DNA of 64,000 nt. Origin: an uncultured Gemmatimonadales bacterium. GTDB lineage: Bacteria; Gemmatimonadota; Gemmatimonadetes; Longimicrobiales; RSA9. Below are positions 53,444 to 63,481 of this stretch, one piece after another. The position numbers and the translations under genes were made by a program. The notes below the pieces were generated by a model. That model had not been told where the DNA came from. It did not search any database and saw only the letters and a program-made list of their open reading frames with translations. Where the stretch lies: assembly GCA_963741945.1 (NCBI GenBank), contig CAVUKA010000003.1, forward strand, positions 256,001 to 320,000, read 5' to 3'. The stretch's first letter is position 1. Every line of letters begins with the position of its first letter.

Positions 53444-53772
53444 CCCGTTTCGTCCGGTCCGGTGAGCAGTTCGTCGAAGCGCGCGGGCGAAAGCTCCCGG
53501 ACGAGCCGGTCGACGGCGTCGGGACCCGCTTCGCCCGCGGCCTCGCACGCGTACGTCAGCAGCGCGTCGGCCGCGAGCAGCCGCCCTGCACTGCTCCGGT
53601 CCCCCGGCCCCGCCAGCACATCGGCGAGGCCCGCCAGCGCGGCGGCCGCCAACCGGTGCGGCACGCCGCCGTCGAAGGGGCCGTGCCGATCCAGCATGCG
53701 CACCACCTCGTCGCGCAACGAAGCTGGCATCGGCGGGCGCCTCGCCGTCACCCACTCCGTGAGATCGCTCAA
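53440..53772 (-). CDS. Hypothetical protein
   Basis: Overlaps alaS and gmhA by ATGA; LLAADALLTYACEA. Confidence 0.65.
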   Translation of the reverse strand: MSDLTEWVTARRPPMPASLRDEVVRMLDRHGPFDGGVPHRLAAAALAGLADVLAGPGDRSSAGRLLAADALLTYACEAAGEAGPDAVDRLVRELSPARFDELLTGPDETG

Positions 53773-56420
53773 TGGCCCTCGAGCAGCGCGCGGACGATCT
53801 CGGGCGCCCTGGCCAGCGCGTCCGCCACGAGCGCGGGGTCGCCCACGCCCCCCTGCGCCATGTGCGGCCGCCCTCCGCCCGACCCGCCGGTGAGCTTCGC
53901 CACTTCCCGCACCACGTGGTCGGCGCGAACGCCGCGGCCGATCAGGTCGTCGGTGACCACGGAGAAGAGGGCCGTGCGGTCCCCGGAAACGGCCGCGAGG
54001 ACCACCACACCACTGCCGAGTCGGTCGCGGAGCTGATCGCCGAGGGCACGCAGCTCGTCCTGGTCCGCCACTTCCACCTGCTCGGCGACGATCCGCGCCC
54101 CATCCACCCGGGCCGCCCCGTCCACCAGCCGACCCACCACGTCGGCCGCGCCCTCCCGGCGGGCCCGCTCCAGCTGCTTCTCCAGCTCCCGGACTTCACC
54201 CTGGAGCTGCTCCACCCGACGCGCCACCAGCTCCTGCGGGACCTTCAGGATCTCGGCCACATCACGCAGCGTGTCCTCCTGCCGGACGGCCATCCGGTAC
54301 GCCTCGCGACCCGTCACCGCCTCGATTCGACGCACGCCCGCGCCCGTACCCGTCTCGGCCACAATGCGGAAAAGGCCGATCTCACCCGTCCGACGCACGT
54401 GCGTCCCGCCGCACAGCTCACGGCTGACACCGGGCACGGTGATCATCCGCACCACATCGCCATACTTCTCGCCGAACAGCGCCATCGCCCCCTGCTGGAC
54501 CGCGTCGTCGTAGCCGAGGAAGTCCACACAGACGTCCTGGTCCTGGAAGATGGCCTCGTTCACTTCGTCCTCCACCCGCCGGATCTCTTCCGCCGTCATG
54601 GGCCGGGCATGGGAAAAGTCGAAGCGGAGCCGGTCCGGCGCCACGAGCGAGCCCCGCTGCAGAACGTGCTCCCCGAGGACGTTCCGGAGCGCAGCGTGCA
54701 GGAGGTGCGTGGCCGTGTGGTTCCGCTCGGTGTCATGACGCGCCGGACCCTCGACCCGGGCGACGACGGGAACCGGACCGACCGCGTCCGGGAAATCACC
54801 TTCCACGTCGCCCAGGATGGCCGCACGGCCACCCACCCGGCGAACATCCTCCACGGCCATGCGCCAGCCGTCGCCCTCCACTACGCCACGGTCGCTGATC
54901 TGACCGCCGGACTCCACGTAGAACGGGTTCTCCCGCAGCTGCACGGCCAGGCGGCCGTTCTGCCGGCGGAACGCGACGATCTCCGTCTCCACCTCCGTGC
55001 GCTCGTACCCCACGAACTCCGGCTCGGCATCATCCAGCTCCGTCCAGCCGTGGGCCAGCGCGTCACCCGCGTCGATCCCCGCGGCATCGCGGTCCGCACG
55101 CGAGCGCTTCCGCTGCTCCTCCAGCGCCGCCTCGAAGCCCGCCAGGTCCACCCCGTAGCCCCGCTCCTCGGCCATGAGCTCCGTCAGGTCCAGGGGGAAG
55201 CCGAAGGTGTCATAGAGACGGAACGCGTCTTCACCGGCGATCACCGGGACATCCTCGGCCCCGTCCGCACCCTGCGCCGAGGCCACTTCCTCGAACCGCC
55301 GCATCCCCTCGTCGATCGTGGCCAGGAACCGCTCCTCCTCCGCGCGCGTGGCACGCAGGAGATGCTCGCGGCGGGAGCGAAGCTCGGGGAAAGCGTCACC
55401 CATGCAGGTCACGACCTCGTCCACCACCTCCACCAGCGTCGGTTCCCGCCGCCCGAGCAGCCACGCGTGCCGGATCGCCCTCCGCATGATGCGACGGAGC
55501 ACGTAGCCGCGGGCGGAATTGCTCGGGAACACGCCGTCAGCGAGCAGAAAGGCCGTGGCGCGGGCGTGGTCGGCGAGGACACGGTAGGAGACGCCCGTCT
55601 CGGTCGCCGGGTCGTACGGCTTCCCCACCACGCGCGCGGCCCGCTCGATCAGCGGCGTGAACAGGTCGGTCTCGTAATTGGACGCGGCGCCCTGCAGCAC
55701 GCTGGCGATCCGCTCGAGCCCGGCGCCTGTGTCGATGGACGGGCGCGGGAGCGGGTGCAGCTCCCCATCGGCATCCCGGTTGAACTGCATGAACACCAGG
55801 TTCCACAGCTCCAGGAACTCCCCGGCTTCACCCTTGACCTCGAACTCCTCGGCGGCGAGGTCGGTTCCTCGCTCCCCCTCCGGGCGCATGTCCCAGTGGA
55901 TCTCGCTGCACGGGCCGCACGGGCCCGTGTCACCCATCTGCCAGAAGTTGTCCTTGTCCCCCAGACGGAAGATCCGATTCTCCGGCAGGCCGGCCACCTC
56001 CTGCCAGAGGCCGTACGCCTCGTCATCCGAGTAGTGGACGGTGGCCCAGAGACGGTCCTTCGGCAGCCCGAACACCTCGGTGAACAGACGCCACGCGAAA
56101 TCGATGGCATCGCGCTTGAAATAGTCGCCGAAGGAGAAGTTCCCGAGCATTTCGAAGAACGTGTGGTGCCTCGCCGTGCGCCCCACTTCTTCCAGGTCGT
56201 TGTGCTTCCCGCTCACCCGCAGGCACTTCTGCGACGTCGTCGCCCGCTTGATCCCCAGCGACTCCTCGCCCAGAAACACCTTCTTGAACTGGACCATCCC
56301 CGCGTTCGTGAACATCAGCGTGGGATCGTCCTTGGGAACCAGCGGAGAGCTCGGCCGGATCTCGTGACCGTTCTGCTCGAAGAACTCCAGGAATTTGCGC
56401 CTGATCTCGCTTGCCGTCAT
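53769..56420 (-). CDS. alaS: Alanine--tRNA ligase
   Basis: FTNAGMVQFK, HHTFFEMLGNFSFGDYFK, HTATHLLH, ELCGGTH, GGGRP. Confidence 0.97.
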   Translation of the reverse strand: MTASEIRRKFLEFFEQNGHEIRPSSPLVPKDDPTLMFTNAGMVQFKKVFLGEESLGIKRATTSQKCLRVSGKHNDLEEVGRTARHHTFFEMLGNFSFGDYFKRDAIDFAWRLFTEVFGLPKDRLWATVHYSDDEAYGLWQEVAGLPENRIFRLGDKDNFWQMGDTGPCGPCSEIHWDMRPEGERGTDLAAEEFEVKGEAGEFLELWNLVFMQFNRDADGELHPLPRPSIDTGAGLERIASVLQGAASNYETDLFTPLIERAARVVGKPYDPATETGVSYRVLADHARATAFLLADGVFPSNSARGYVLRRIMRRAIRHAWLLGRREPTLVEVVDEVVTCMGDAFPELRSRREHLLRATRAEEERFLATIDEGMRRFEEVASAQGADGAEDVPVIAGEDAFRLYDTFGFPLDLTELMAEERGYGVDLAGFEAALEEQRKRSRADRDAAGIDAGDALAHGWTELDDAEPEFVGYERTEVETEIVAFRRQNGRLAVQLRENPFYVESGGQISDRGVVEGDGWRMAVEDVRRVGGRAAILGDVEGDFPDAVGPVPVVARVEGPARHDTERNHTATHLLHAALRNVLGEHVLQRGSLVAPDRLRFDFSHARPMTAEEIRRVEDEVNEAIFQDQDVCVDFLGYDDAVQQGAMALFGEKYGDVVRMITVPGVSRELCGGTHVRRTGEIGLFRIVAETGTGAGVRRIEAVTGREAYRMAVRQEDTLRDVAEILKVPQELVARRVEQLQGEVRELEKQLERARREGAADVVGRLVDGAARVDGARIVAEQVEVADQDELRALGDQLRDRLGSGVVVLAAVSGDRTALFSVVTDDLIGRGVRADHVVREVAKLTGGSGGGRPHMAQGGVGDPALVADALARAPEIVRALLEGH

Positions 56421-56497
56421 GCCTCTTCCCGTCCCGTCTTTCCGCCCACCTCGCGCCGAGCGCCCAATATAGGAGATGCGCCGCCCGATGCGAAGGT

Positions 56498-56603
56498 CGC
56501 GGAGAACGCGGAGGTGGCGGAGACGCGGAGAACGGCAAGCTCACGCGGAGACGCGGAGGGCGCGGAGAACTGCATCCCACGCGGAGACGCGGAGAACGCG
56601 GAG
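56498..56603 (+). repeat. Cluster of GCGGAG-rich short repeats (left arm)
   Basis: Repeated CGCGGAGA(A)CGCGGAG units, including CACGCGGAGACGCGGAG twice. Confidence 0.8.
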
Positions 56604-56803
56604 GGGTCAGCGGGCGAGGAGACGGTCGGGGCGTGGACGGATCGACGCCGGGCCATCCGCGATGGGGGTTGTATTCGTGGGGCGGAGGAGATTCCGGGCG
56701 GGAGGATTGCGGAGCGGCAGACATTCGGCGCGGGGGGAGCAGAACGCGCCTCGGCCGGGAAGGCGTCGCTGGCGATGGTGGGGATCCACGTCCGGACGCT
56801 GAG

Positions 56804-57015
56804 CCGAGGCCGCCCCCAAAACAGAGCCCGTGACTTCGTCTCCCCCCGATGCAGCCCGCGCCCCCGGGACGCCGGGCCCGAAGCCGCCCCCAAAGAAAGC
56901 CCGCGACTTCAGCTCCCCTCGACGGGCTCCGCGCCCCCCGGCCGCCGGCCCCGAAGCCGCCCCGAAGAAAGCCCGCGACCTCAGTTCCTCCCGACGCAGT
57001 CCGCGCTCCCCCCGC
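56804..57015 (+). repeat. Three imperfect tandem repeats of about 73 bp
   Basis: Units start at 56804, 56878 and 56951 with CCGA(A/G)GCCGCCCC...AGCCCG(C/T)GAC(T/C)TC. Confidence 0.8.
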
Positions 57016-57030
57016 TCCCCCCGCTCCCTT

Positions 57031-57090
57031 CGCGTTCTCCGCGTCTCCGCGTGAGATTGCCGTTCTCCGCCGTTCTCCGCCGTTCTCCGC
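57031..57090 (-). repeat. Inverted copy of the GCGGAG repeat (right arm) with three CGTTCTCCGC units
   Basis: Reverse complement of 57031-57070 matches 56525-56564 at 37 of 40 positions. Confidence 0.8.
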
Positions 57091-57094
57091 GCCC

Positions 57095-58144
57095 TCAGTC
57101 TTCCCCGACCTCACCCTCCTCGGCAGCGGCCTGACCGCGGGACATGCCCAGCTCCGCCCGGACCTTCACCTCGATCTCGTCGCGGATTTCAGGGCTCTCC
57201 ATCAGGAACACCTTGGCGTTCTCGCGACCCTGGCCCAGCCGCGTCTCGCCGTAGGAGTACCACGCGCCGGCCTTGTCCACGATCCCGAGCTCCGAGCCGA
57301 GATCGATGAGCAGCCCCGTGTGGCTGATCCCCTCGTTGTACATGATGTCGAACTCGGCCTGGCGGAACGGCGCGGCCATCTTGTTCTTCACCACCTTCAC
57401 ACGCGTCCGGTTCCCCACCAGTTCCTGCCCGTCCTTGATCGCACCGATGCGGCGGATGTCCATGCGCAGGCTGGCATAGAACTTCAGTGCGCGACCGCCC
57501 GTTGTGGTCTCCGGATTGCCGAACATGACCCCGATCTTCTCGCGGATCTGGTTCGTGAACACCACCAATGTGCGCGACCGGTTCACCGCCCCGGTCAGCT
57601 TGCGCAGCGCCTGGCTCATGAGCCTCGCCTGGAGCCCCACGTGCGAGTCACCCATCTCCCCCTCGATCTCCGCCCGCGGCACCAGCGCTGCCACAGAATC
57701 GATCACCACCACGTCGATGGCGCCGGACCGGATCAGCACTTCCGCGATCTCCAGCGCCTGCTCCCCCGTGTCGGGCTGGCTCACCAGCAGGCTGTCCACG
57801 TCCACGCCCAGCTTGCGCGAGTACTCCACGTCCAGCGCATGCTCCGCATCGATGAACGCCGCCACACCCCCGTTCTTCTGGGCGTTCGCGATCACGTGCA
57901 GACAGAGCGTGGTCTTGCCGCTCGACTCGGGGCCGTAGATCTCCGTGACCCGGCCCCGCGGGATCCCGCCGATACCGATCGCCGCATCCAGGTTGATCGC
58001 CCCCGTCGAGATGGCGGCCACCTCGACTTTGGCACCGTCCGCGCCCATCCGCATGATCGCGCCCTTCCCGTACGCCCGCTCGATCTGCGTGATCGCCACG
58101 CTGAGCGCCTTCTCCTTCTCCTTCGTCAGCTCGGCCGCTGCCAT
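57095..58144 (-). CDS. recA: Recombinase A
   Basis: [42 protein letters not shown]. Confidence 0.97.
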   Translation of the reverse strand: MAAAELTKEKEKALSVAITQIERAYGKGAIMRMGADGAKVEVAAISTGAINLDAAIGIGGIPRGRVTEIYGPESSGKTTLCLHVIANAQKNGGVAAFIDAEHALDVEYSRKLGVDVDSLLVSQPDTGEQALEIAEVLIRSGAIDVVVIDSVAALVPRAEIEGEMGDSHVGLQARLMSQALRKLTGAVNRSRTLVVFTNQIREKIGVMFGNPETTTGGRALKFYASLRMDIRRIGAIKDGQELVGNRTRVKVVKNKMAAPFRQAEFDIMYNEGISHTGLLIDLGSELGIVDKAGAWYSYGETRLGQGRENAKVFLMESPEIRDEIEVKVRAELGMSRGQAAAEEGEVGED

Positions 58145-58261
58145 CGCTTCACCTGGTCCGTGAGTGGGTGTTCGGGATTCGACCTCAAGATGCGTCTCCA
58201 TCCGGTTCACCGGAAGTGCGCCCGGGGACAGGGTCATGCCGGAACCGGCCGTCCGGTGCCA

Positions 58262-58308
58262 CCGAACAAAAGCCGAAGTATCCTACGCCCAACCCTGCCG
58301 GCGCGCAA
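58262..58308 (-). promoter_or_regulatory. recA promoter with adjacent direct-repeat operator
   Basis: TTGCGC-N17-TAGGAT followed by CTTCGGCTTTTGTTCGG. Confidence 0.55.
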
Positions 58309-58402
58309 GAAGCGGCGGCCGCACGCGGGCCGCGCCCCGGGAGATGATGGGAGACGGCGGTCGCCGATCGTTCGCCGGCGAGGGTTGCGGAGGTGTGCGG
58401 GG

Positions 58403-59449
58403 TCAGGCGGCGACGAGGACGGCGCGGAGCGCTTCGCCGGCGGCGGCGATGGCGTCGTCATCCACGTCCATGTGCGTGACCGCGCGGACGCGTCGGGGCG
58501 CAAACATGCTCATGAGAACGCCGCGCTGGGCGAGGGCGGCGAGGACGTCAGTAGCCTGGAGGTCGTCGCGCACGAGGTCGATCATGACGATGTTGGAGTC
58601 GGGCTCGACCGTATGCAGGCCCTCGATGCGCGCGGCCACGGCGGCGAGAGCGCGGGCGCGGCGGTGGTCGTGGGCGAGCCGCTGGATGTTGTTGTCGAGG
58701 GCGAACAGACCGGCGGCGGCTAGGATGCCGGTCTGCCGCAGGGAGCCGCCCATGCGGCGTCGGACCTGCCAGGCGGCATCGATGAAGGCCGCGCTCCCGG
58801 CGAGCATGGAGCCGACGGGGCAACCGAGCCCCTTCGACAGGGCTACCATGACGCTGTCGGCGGTGGCGGCATAATCCACCAGGCGCACGCCGGTGGCCAC
58901 GCTGGCGTGCCAGAGCCGGGCGCCATCCAGGTGAACGGGGAGCCCGTGCTCGGCTGCCACGGCATGGACCTCCTGGAGCGCGCTCAGCGGGATGACGCGT
59001 CCGCCGTGGGCGTTGTGTGTGTTCTCCACGCAGATGAGGGAGGTCGCCGGCTGATACCGGTTGCCGGCAGGCCGGATGGCGGAGCGGACGAGGTCAGCGG
59101 TGAGGACGCCGTCGTCGGTGGCGACGGGGTGGAGCTGCACCCCCGCCCACGCCGCCGCGGCGGCACCCTCCCAGTCGAAGAGGTGGCACGAGGCTTCGAC
59201 TACGGCTTCCGTGCCAGGGCTGCCGTGGACCACGATGGCGGTCTCATTGGCCATGATGCCGGTGGGGAAGAAGAGCGCACTCTCCTTCCCCAGCAGCGCG
59301 GCGACGCGCTCCTGCAGCTCGTTGACGGTGGGATCATCCCCGTACTGGTCGTCCCCTACCGCCGCTTCGGCGATGGCAGCCCGCATCGCGGGGCCGGGCC
59401 GGGTGACCGTGTCGCTTCGAAGATCGATCACCCGGCCTTCCGTCGGCAT
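58403..59449 (-). CDS. ltaE: Low-specificity L-threonine aldolase
   Basis: [34 protein letters not shown]. Confidence 0.9.
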   Translation of the reverse strand: MPTEGRVIDLRSDTVTRPGPAMRAAIAEAAVGDDQYGDDPTVNELQERVAALLGKESALFFPTGIMANETAIVVHGSPGTEAVVEASCHLFDWEGAAAAAWAGVQLHPVATDDGVLTADLVRSAIRPAGNRYQPATSLICVENTHNAHGGRVIPLSALQEVHAVAAEHGLPVHLDGARLWHASVATGVRLVDYAATADSVMVALSKGLGCPVGSMLAGSAAFIDAAWQVRRRMGGSLRQTGILAAAGLFALDNNIQRLAHDHRRARALAAVAARIEGLHTVEPDSNIVMIDLVRDDLQATDVLAALAQRGVLMSMFAPRRVRAVTHMDVDDDAIAAAGEALRAVLVAA

Positions 59450-59451
59450 GG

Positions 59452-60066
59452 CTATCTCGCGTTCGAGTACCGTTTGGCGACCTCATCCCAGTTGACCACG
59501 TTCCACCACGCGGACAGATAGTCGCCCCGCTTGTTCTGATACTTGAGGTAGTACGCGTGCTCCCATACGTCCACCCCCAGGAGTGGGATGTCGTTCTTCA
59601 TGTACGGGCTGTCCTGGTTGGGCGTCGAGTACACCTTCAGCTTACCGTCGCTCAGGACCAGCCAGCCCCAGCCGCTCCCGAACTGGCCGCTCGCGGTGCT
59701 GGTGAGCTTCTCCTTGAAGTCGTTGAACGACCCGAAGGCGCCATCAATGGCGCTCGCCAGATCACCCGTCGGCTCCCCACCTCCGTTCGGCGACATGATC
59801 TTCCAGAACAGGTCGTGATTCGCGTAGCCGCCGCCGTTGTTCCGCACCGCGGTGCGGACGTCCTCCGGCACCTGCTCGATGCTCCGGAGAATGTCGGACA
59901 CGGACTTGCCCTGCCAATCGCCATGCTTCTCGATGGCCGCGTTCAACTTGTCGGTGTAGCCCTTGTGATGCCGGTCGTGATGGATCTCCATCGTGCGGGC
60001 GTCGATGTGCGGCTCGAGTGCATCGAACGCGTACGGGAGGTCCGGAAGCTGGAACGGATACGCCAT
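59452..60066 (-). CDS. sodA: Superoxide dismutase (Mn-type features)
   Basis: [33 protein letters not shown]. Confidence 0.92.
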   Translation of the reverse strand: MAYPFQLPDLPYAFDALEPHIDARTMEIHHDRHHKGYTDKLNAAIEKHGDWQGKSVSDILRSIEQVPEDVRTAVRNNGGGYANHDLFWKIMSPNGGGEPTGDLASAIDGAFGSFNDFKEKLTSTASGQFGSGWGWLVLSDGKLKVYSTPNQDSPYMKNDIPLLGVDVWEHAYYLKYQNKRGDYLSAWWNVVNWDEVAKRYSNAR

Positions 60067-60136
60067 TGCTCCTCCTTCGGGGAATGCAATTAAAACCGTG
60101 TCTCTGCTGCGAGCACCAGGGAGCCGGTCATGAACC

Positions 60137-60151
60137 GCAAGCCAGGTGCCA
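60137..60151 (-). promoter_or_regulatory. Putative sigma-54 promoter of sodA
   Basis: TGGCAC-CTGGC-TTGC consensus, about 70 nt upstream of the ATG. Confidence 0.7.
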
Positions 60152-60210
60152 GACCCGGTAGGATCCCGGTAGCGGGTCGGGGTAGCCGGATCAGGGCAGC
60201 CGTGCGCGTT

Positions 60211-60441
60211 CTAGCGTTCGGTGAGATCGCGGCCGCACTCGGCGCAGAAGCGGCTTCCCTCGGCGTTGGCGGCCCGGCACCGGGGGCATACGGTGCCGGC
60301 GGCCACAGCGGCGCGGTAGCGAGCCAGGTCCTGCTCCAGCGTTTCGGCGTCCGGGTAGCGGGCGCGGCCGGCGAGGAGGGGGAATGCGACGGCGGCGAGG
60401 GCGATGACCGCGAGCGCGGCGATGATGACGTACTGGAACAT
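60211..60441 (-). CDS. Membrane-anchored zinc-ribbon protein
   Basis: N-terminal TM; CPRC...FCAECG. Confidence 0.8.
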   Translation of the reverse strand: MFQYVIIAALAVIALAAVAFPLLAGRARYPDAETLEQDLARYRAAVAAGTVCPRCRAANAEGSRFCAECGRDLTER

Positions 60442-60443
60442 GG

Positions 60444-60893
60444 TCAGTGGATCTGGAGGGCGAGAGTCAGGCCGAGTGCCACGCCGGCGGCATCCCAGGT
60501 GAGGTCCTTGAAGCTGAAGCGGTGTCCCGACCAGCGGTCGTGCATTTCCTTGCCGACGCCGGCGGCGATGGCCGCGGCGCCGCTGGCGGCGAGGGCGGCA
60601 TCGCTGGACAGGACGGTGCGACCGACGCCGTACCCCACGGTGGCGAGTGCGAAGGACATGGTGAAGTGCCGGAGTTTGTCTTCCGCGAACCAGTGGTCGA
60701 GTCGGTCCTGGCCGACATTGATGCCGGCATGCTCGCCGTCCGGGCGGCCCGTCCCCGGTCGCGGGGTGGTCTGCGGTCCGCTGATGCCGGCGGGCGCGGG
60801 CGCATCGCGGAGCGCGGCAGCGAACCGGTGTCGCATGGCGGGTCCGGGGCCGGCGAGGAGGGCGAGGGTGAGTCCGAGCAGGACGGGGCTCAT
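60444..60893 (-). CDS. YfiM/DUF2279-like membrane protein
   Basis: DHWFAEDKLRHF...GKEMHD...FSFKDL.WD.AG. Confidence 0.75.
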   Translation of the reverse strand: MSPVLLGLTLALLAGPGPAMRHRFAAALRDAPAPAGISGPQTTPRPGTGRPDGEHAGINVGQDRLDHWFAEDKLRHFTMSFALATVGYGVGRTVLSSDAALAASGAAAIAAGVGKEMHDRWSGHRFSFKDLTWDAAGVALGLTLALQIH

Positions 60894-61363
60894 GGGGAGG
60901 CGGCCTGGAAGGCGAGGTCCACGGCCTCCTCCGCGGACTCGGCCAGGAGCAGCTCGAGGCCGGCGGTCAGACCGGGCCGGAGCAGGACGACGGGCACATT
61001 GACCTTCGTGGCGAACGCCACTTCGGAGAGTGTGCCCCACGCGCCGCCAATGGCGATCATTGCGTCCGCGGTCCGGGCGACGAGGGCGTTCCGGGCTTCG
61101 CCGAGCCCGGTGGCGAGCGGGATCCGGATGTACGGGTTGGCGTTGCGGGCGTCGCCGCCGGGGAGGAGGCCGACCGTGATGCCACCGATCGAAGTGGCCC
61201 CGCGGGCGGCGGCCTCCATGACGCCGCCCAGCCCGCCGCAGATCAGGATGCCGCCGCGGCGGGCGATCTCGCGCCCGACCTCCTCGGCGACGCGGGCCAT
61301 CTCGTCACCGCAGATGCCGGCGCCGGCCACGGCGATGCGGATCGGCGGGCGCAGGTCACTCAT
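60890..61363 (-). CDS. TIGR00725 / LOG-family protein
   Basis: CGGLGGVMEA, ANPY, ARN, GGAWGTLSE. Confidence 0.88.
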   Translation of the reverse strand: MSDLRPPIRIAVAGAGICGDEMARVAEEVGREIARRGGILICGGLGGVMEAAARGATSIGGITVGLLPGGDARNANPYIRIPLATGLGEARNALVARTADAMIAIGGAWGTLSEVAFATKVNVPVVLLRPGLTAGLELLLAESAEEAVDLAFQAASP

Positions 61364-62876
61364 GCGACTTCGCCCAGTGGAGCGCGGTGTCCACGGCCCG
61401 CTCCCACCCCTTGCTCTGCCGCTCGCGCTCTTCCGGGTCCATGGACGGGTGGAAGCGGTCAGGCTGCGGACGGGCGCCGAGGAAGGCATCCGCGTCAGCC
61501 CATACGCCGGTGGCCAGCCCCGCCAACCCGGCGGCGCCCAGTGCCGTGGTCTCCAGGTTGGCGGGCCGGCGCACGGGCCGGTCGAGGAGGTCCGCCTGGA
61601 ACTGCATCATCCAGTCGTTCGCGGCCGCGCCGCCATCCACGGCCAGCTCCGGGGCCGTGACGCCCGAGTCGGCCTCCATGGCGAGGAGCACGTCGCGGGT
61701 GGAATGGGCCATGGCCTCCAGCGCGGCGCGGGCCAGGTGCCGGGCGTCGGTGCCGCGCGTGAGCCCTACGATGGTGCCGCGCGCTTCCGGTTCCCAGTAC
61801 GGCGCGCCGAGGCCGACGAACGCGGGCACGAAATACACGCCGTCATTGGAGCCGAGGTCCGCGGCCATGTCGGAGGTCTGGTCCGCGATCCGGATGAGGC
61901 CGAGGCCATCGCGCAGCCACTGCACGGCCGCGCCCGCCACGAAGATCGCGCCCTCGAGGGCGTACGCGGGCTGCCCGGCGGCATCGCAGGCGATGGTGGT
62001 GAGGAGTCCGTGCCCGGACTCGATCCGCTCGTCGCCCGTGTGCAGCAGCAGGAACGCGCCCGTGCCGTACGTGTTCTTCGCCCGTCCGGCCCGCCAGCAG
62101 CCCTGGCCGAAGAGCGCCGCCTGCTGGTCGCCGGCCACGCCGGCCACGGGGAGTGCCGCGCCGAACAGCTCCGGGTCCGTCTCGCCGAACACCCCGCTCG
62201 ACGGTCGGACTTCCGGCAGGAGGGGGCGGGGGATGCCGAAGAGGGAGAGCAGGTTCGGGTCCCAGTCCCGCTCACCAATGTTATAGAGCAGCGTGCGAGA
62301 GGCGTTCGTGGGGTCCGTGGCGTGGACGCGTCCGCCTGTCAGCTTCCAGATGAGCCAGCTGTCCACCGTCCCCGCTGCGAGCTCGCCGGCCTCGGCGCGC
62401 TCGCGCGCTCCATCCACGTGCGCCAGCAGCCACTCGAGCTTCGTGCCGGAGAAATACGGATCGACCACAAGTCCCGTGCGGGCCCGGATGCCCGGCTCCT
62501 CGCCCGCCGCTTTCAGCTCCCGACAGCGCGGGGCGGTGCGACGGTCCTGCCAGACAATGGCCCGGTGCACCGGCTGGCCGGTCGATCGGTCCCACAGCAC
62601 CACCGTCTCGCGCTGGTTCGTGATTCCGATCCCGGCAATGGCGACGTCGCTCTCGCCGGCACCCGCGCCCACCCGGGCTCCGGAGAGCGCGAGCGCTTCG
62701 CGCGCCACGCGGAGCGTGACGTCCCAGATCTCCCCGGCATCATGTTCGACGCGGCCGGGCTCCGGGAAGTGCTGCGTGAACTCGGAGTAGGCGCGCCCGA
62801 GCACGCGCCCATCGGCGCCGATGACCATGCACGTGCTGCCCGTGGTCCCCTGGTCGATGGCGAGAATCGCTTTCAC
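61356..62876 (-). CDS. glpK: Glycerol kinase
   Basis: DQGTT, GITNQRET, IVWQDRRT, DPYFSGTK, GDQQAALFGQ, KNTYGTG. Confidence 0.95.
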   Translation of the reverse strand: MKAILAIDQGTTGSTCMVIGADGRVLGRAYSEFTQHFPEPGRVEHDAGEIWDVTLRVAREALALSGARVGAGAGESDVAIAGIGITNQRETVVLWDRSTGQPVHRAIVWQDRRTAPRCRELKAAGEEPGIRARTGLVVDPYFSGTKLEWLLAHVDGARERAEAGELAAGTVDSWLIWKLTGGRVHATDPTNASRTLLYNIGERDWDPNLLSLFGIPRPLLPEVRPSSGVFGETDPELFGAALPVAGVAGDQQAALFGQGCWRAGRAKNTYGTGAFLLLHTGDERIESGHGLLTTIACDAAGQPAYALEGAIFVAGAAVQWLRDGLGLIRIADQTSDMAADLGSNDGVYFVPAFVGLGAPYWEPEARGTIVGLTRGTDARHLARAALEAMAHSTRDVLLAMEADSGVTAPELAVDGGAAANDWMMQFQADLLDRPVRRPANLETTALGAAGLAGLATGVWADADAFLGARPQPDRFHPSMDPEERERQSKGWERAVDTALHWAKSHE

Positions 62877-63481
62877 TTCCCGTCTCCGCGTTCGAGCCGT
62901 CCGAACCGATACTCCCAACCGAGCCGACCCAGCAAGCGGACGAGCGTGGCCAGCGGGAGGCCCATGACTGCGAAATAGTCCCCTGCAATGCGCTCCACCA
63001 GAACCGCCCCGTAGCCCTGGATGCCATAGGCGCCCGCCTTGTCCATCGGCTCCCCGGTGTCCACGTACCGCTCGGCCGTCTCGCGGCCGAACGCGCGGAA
63101 GCGGACATCCACGCCCACCGCCGCCGACGCTTCCCTGCCATCCGGCGCCACCACGGCCACGCCGGTCTCCACCCGGTGCTCGCGCCCCTGGAGCCGGAGC
63201 AGCATGGCGACGGCATCGGCCGCGTCCGCGGGCTTGGTCAGAATGCCGTGATCCAGCACCACCACGGTGTCGCCGCCCACGACCAGTGCCCCCGGATGCC
63301 GGACGGCGGTGGCTCGTGCCTTCTCGAGCGCCAGCCGCTGCACGTGCGGCGCGGGCGGCTCACCGGGGTGCGGCGTCTCATCCACGTGCGCCGGGTCCGC
63401 GGTGCAGTCGAGCCCGAGCTGCCGCAGCAGACTGCGGCGCCTGGGGGAGGCGGACGCGAGGACCAGGGGCGGCGCGGTCAT
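62873..63481 (-). CDS. maf: Maf-family nucleoside triphosphate pyrophosphatase
   Basis: LASASPRRR, GGDTVV, DKAGAYGIQG, VMGLP. Confidence 0.93.
   Translation of the reverse strand: MTAPPLVLASASPRRRSLLRQLGLDCTADPAHVDETPHPGEPPAPHVQRLALEKARATAVRHPGALVVGGDTVVVLDHGILTKPADAADAVAMLLRLQGREHRVETGVAVVAPDGREASAAVGVDVRFRAFGRETAERYVDTGEPMDKAGAYGIQGYGAVLVERIAGDYFAVMGLPLATLVRLLGRLGWEYRFGRLERGDGK

Noticed and set aside
56804..57015. Possible CRISPR array
   Set aside because: Units are similar along their whole length, so there are no unique spacers; repeats are imperfect and no cas genes are present
53772..57134. 1120-aa ORF on the + strand opposite alaS
   Set aside because: Antisense shadow of a GC3-rich gene with no recognisable motifs
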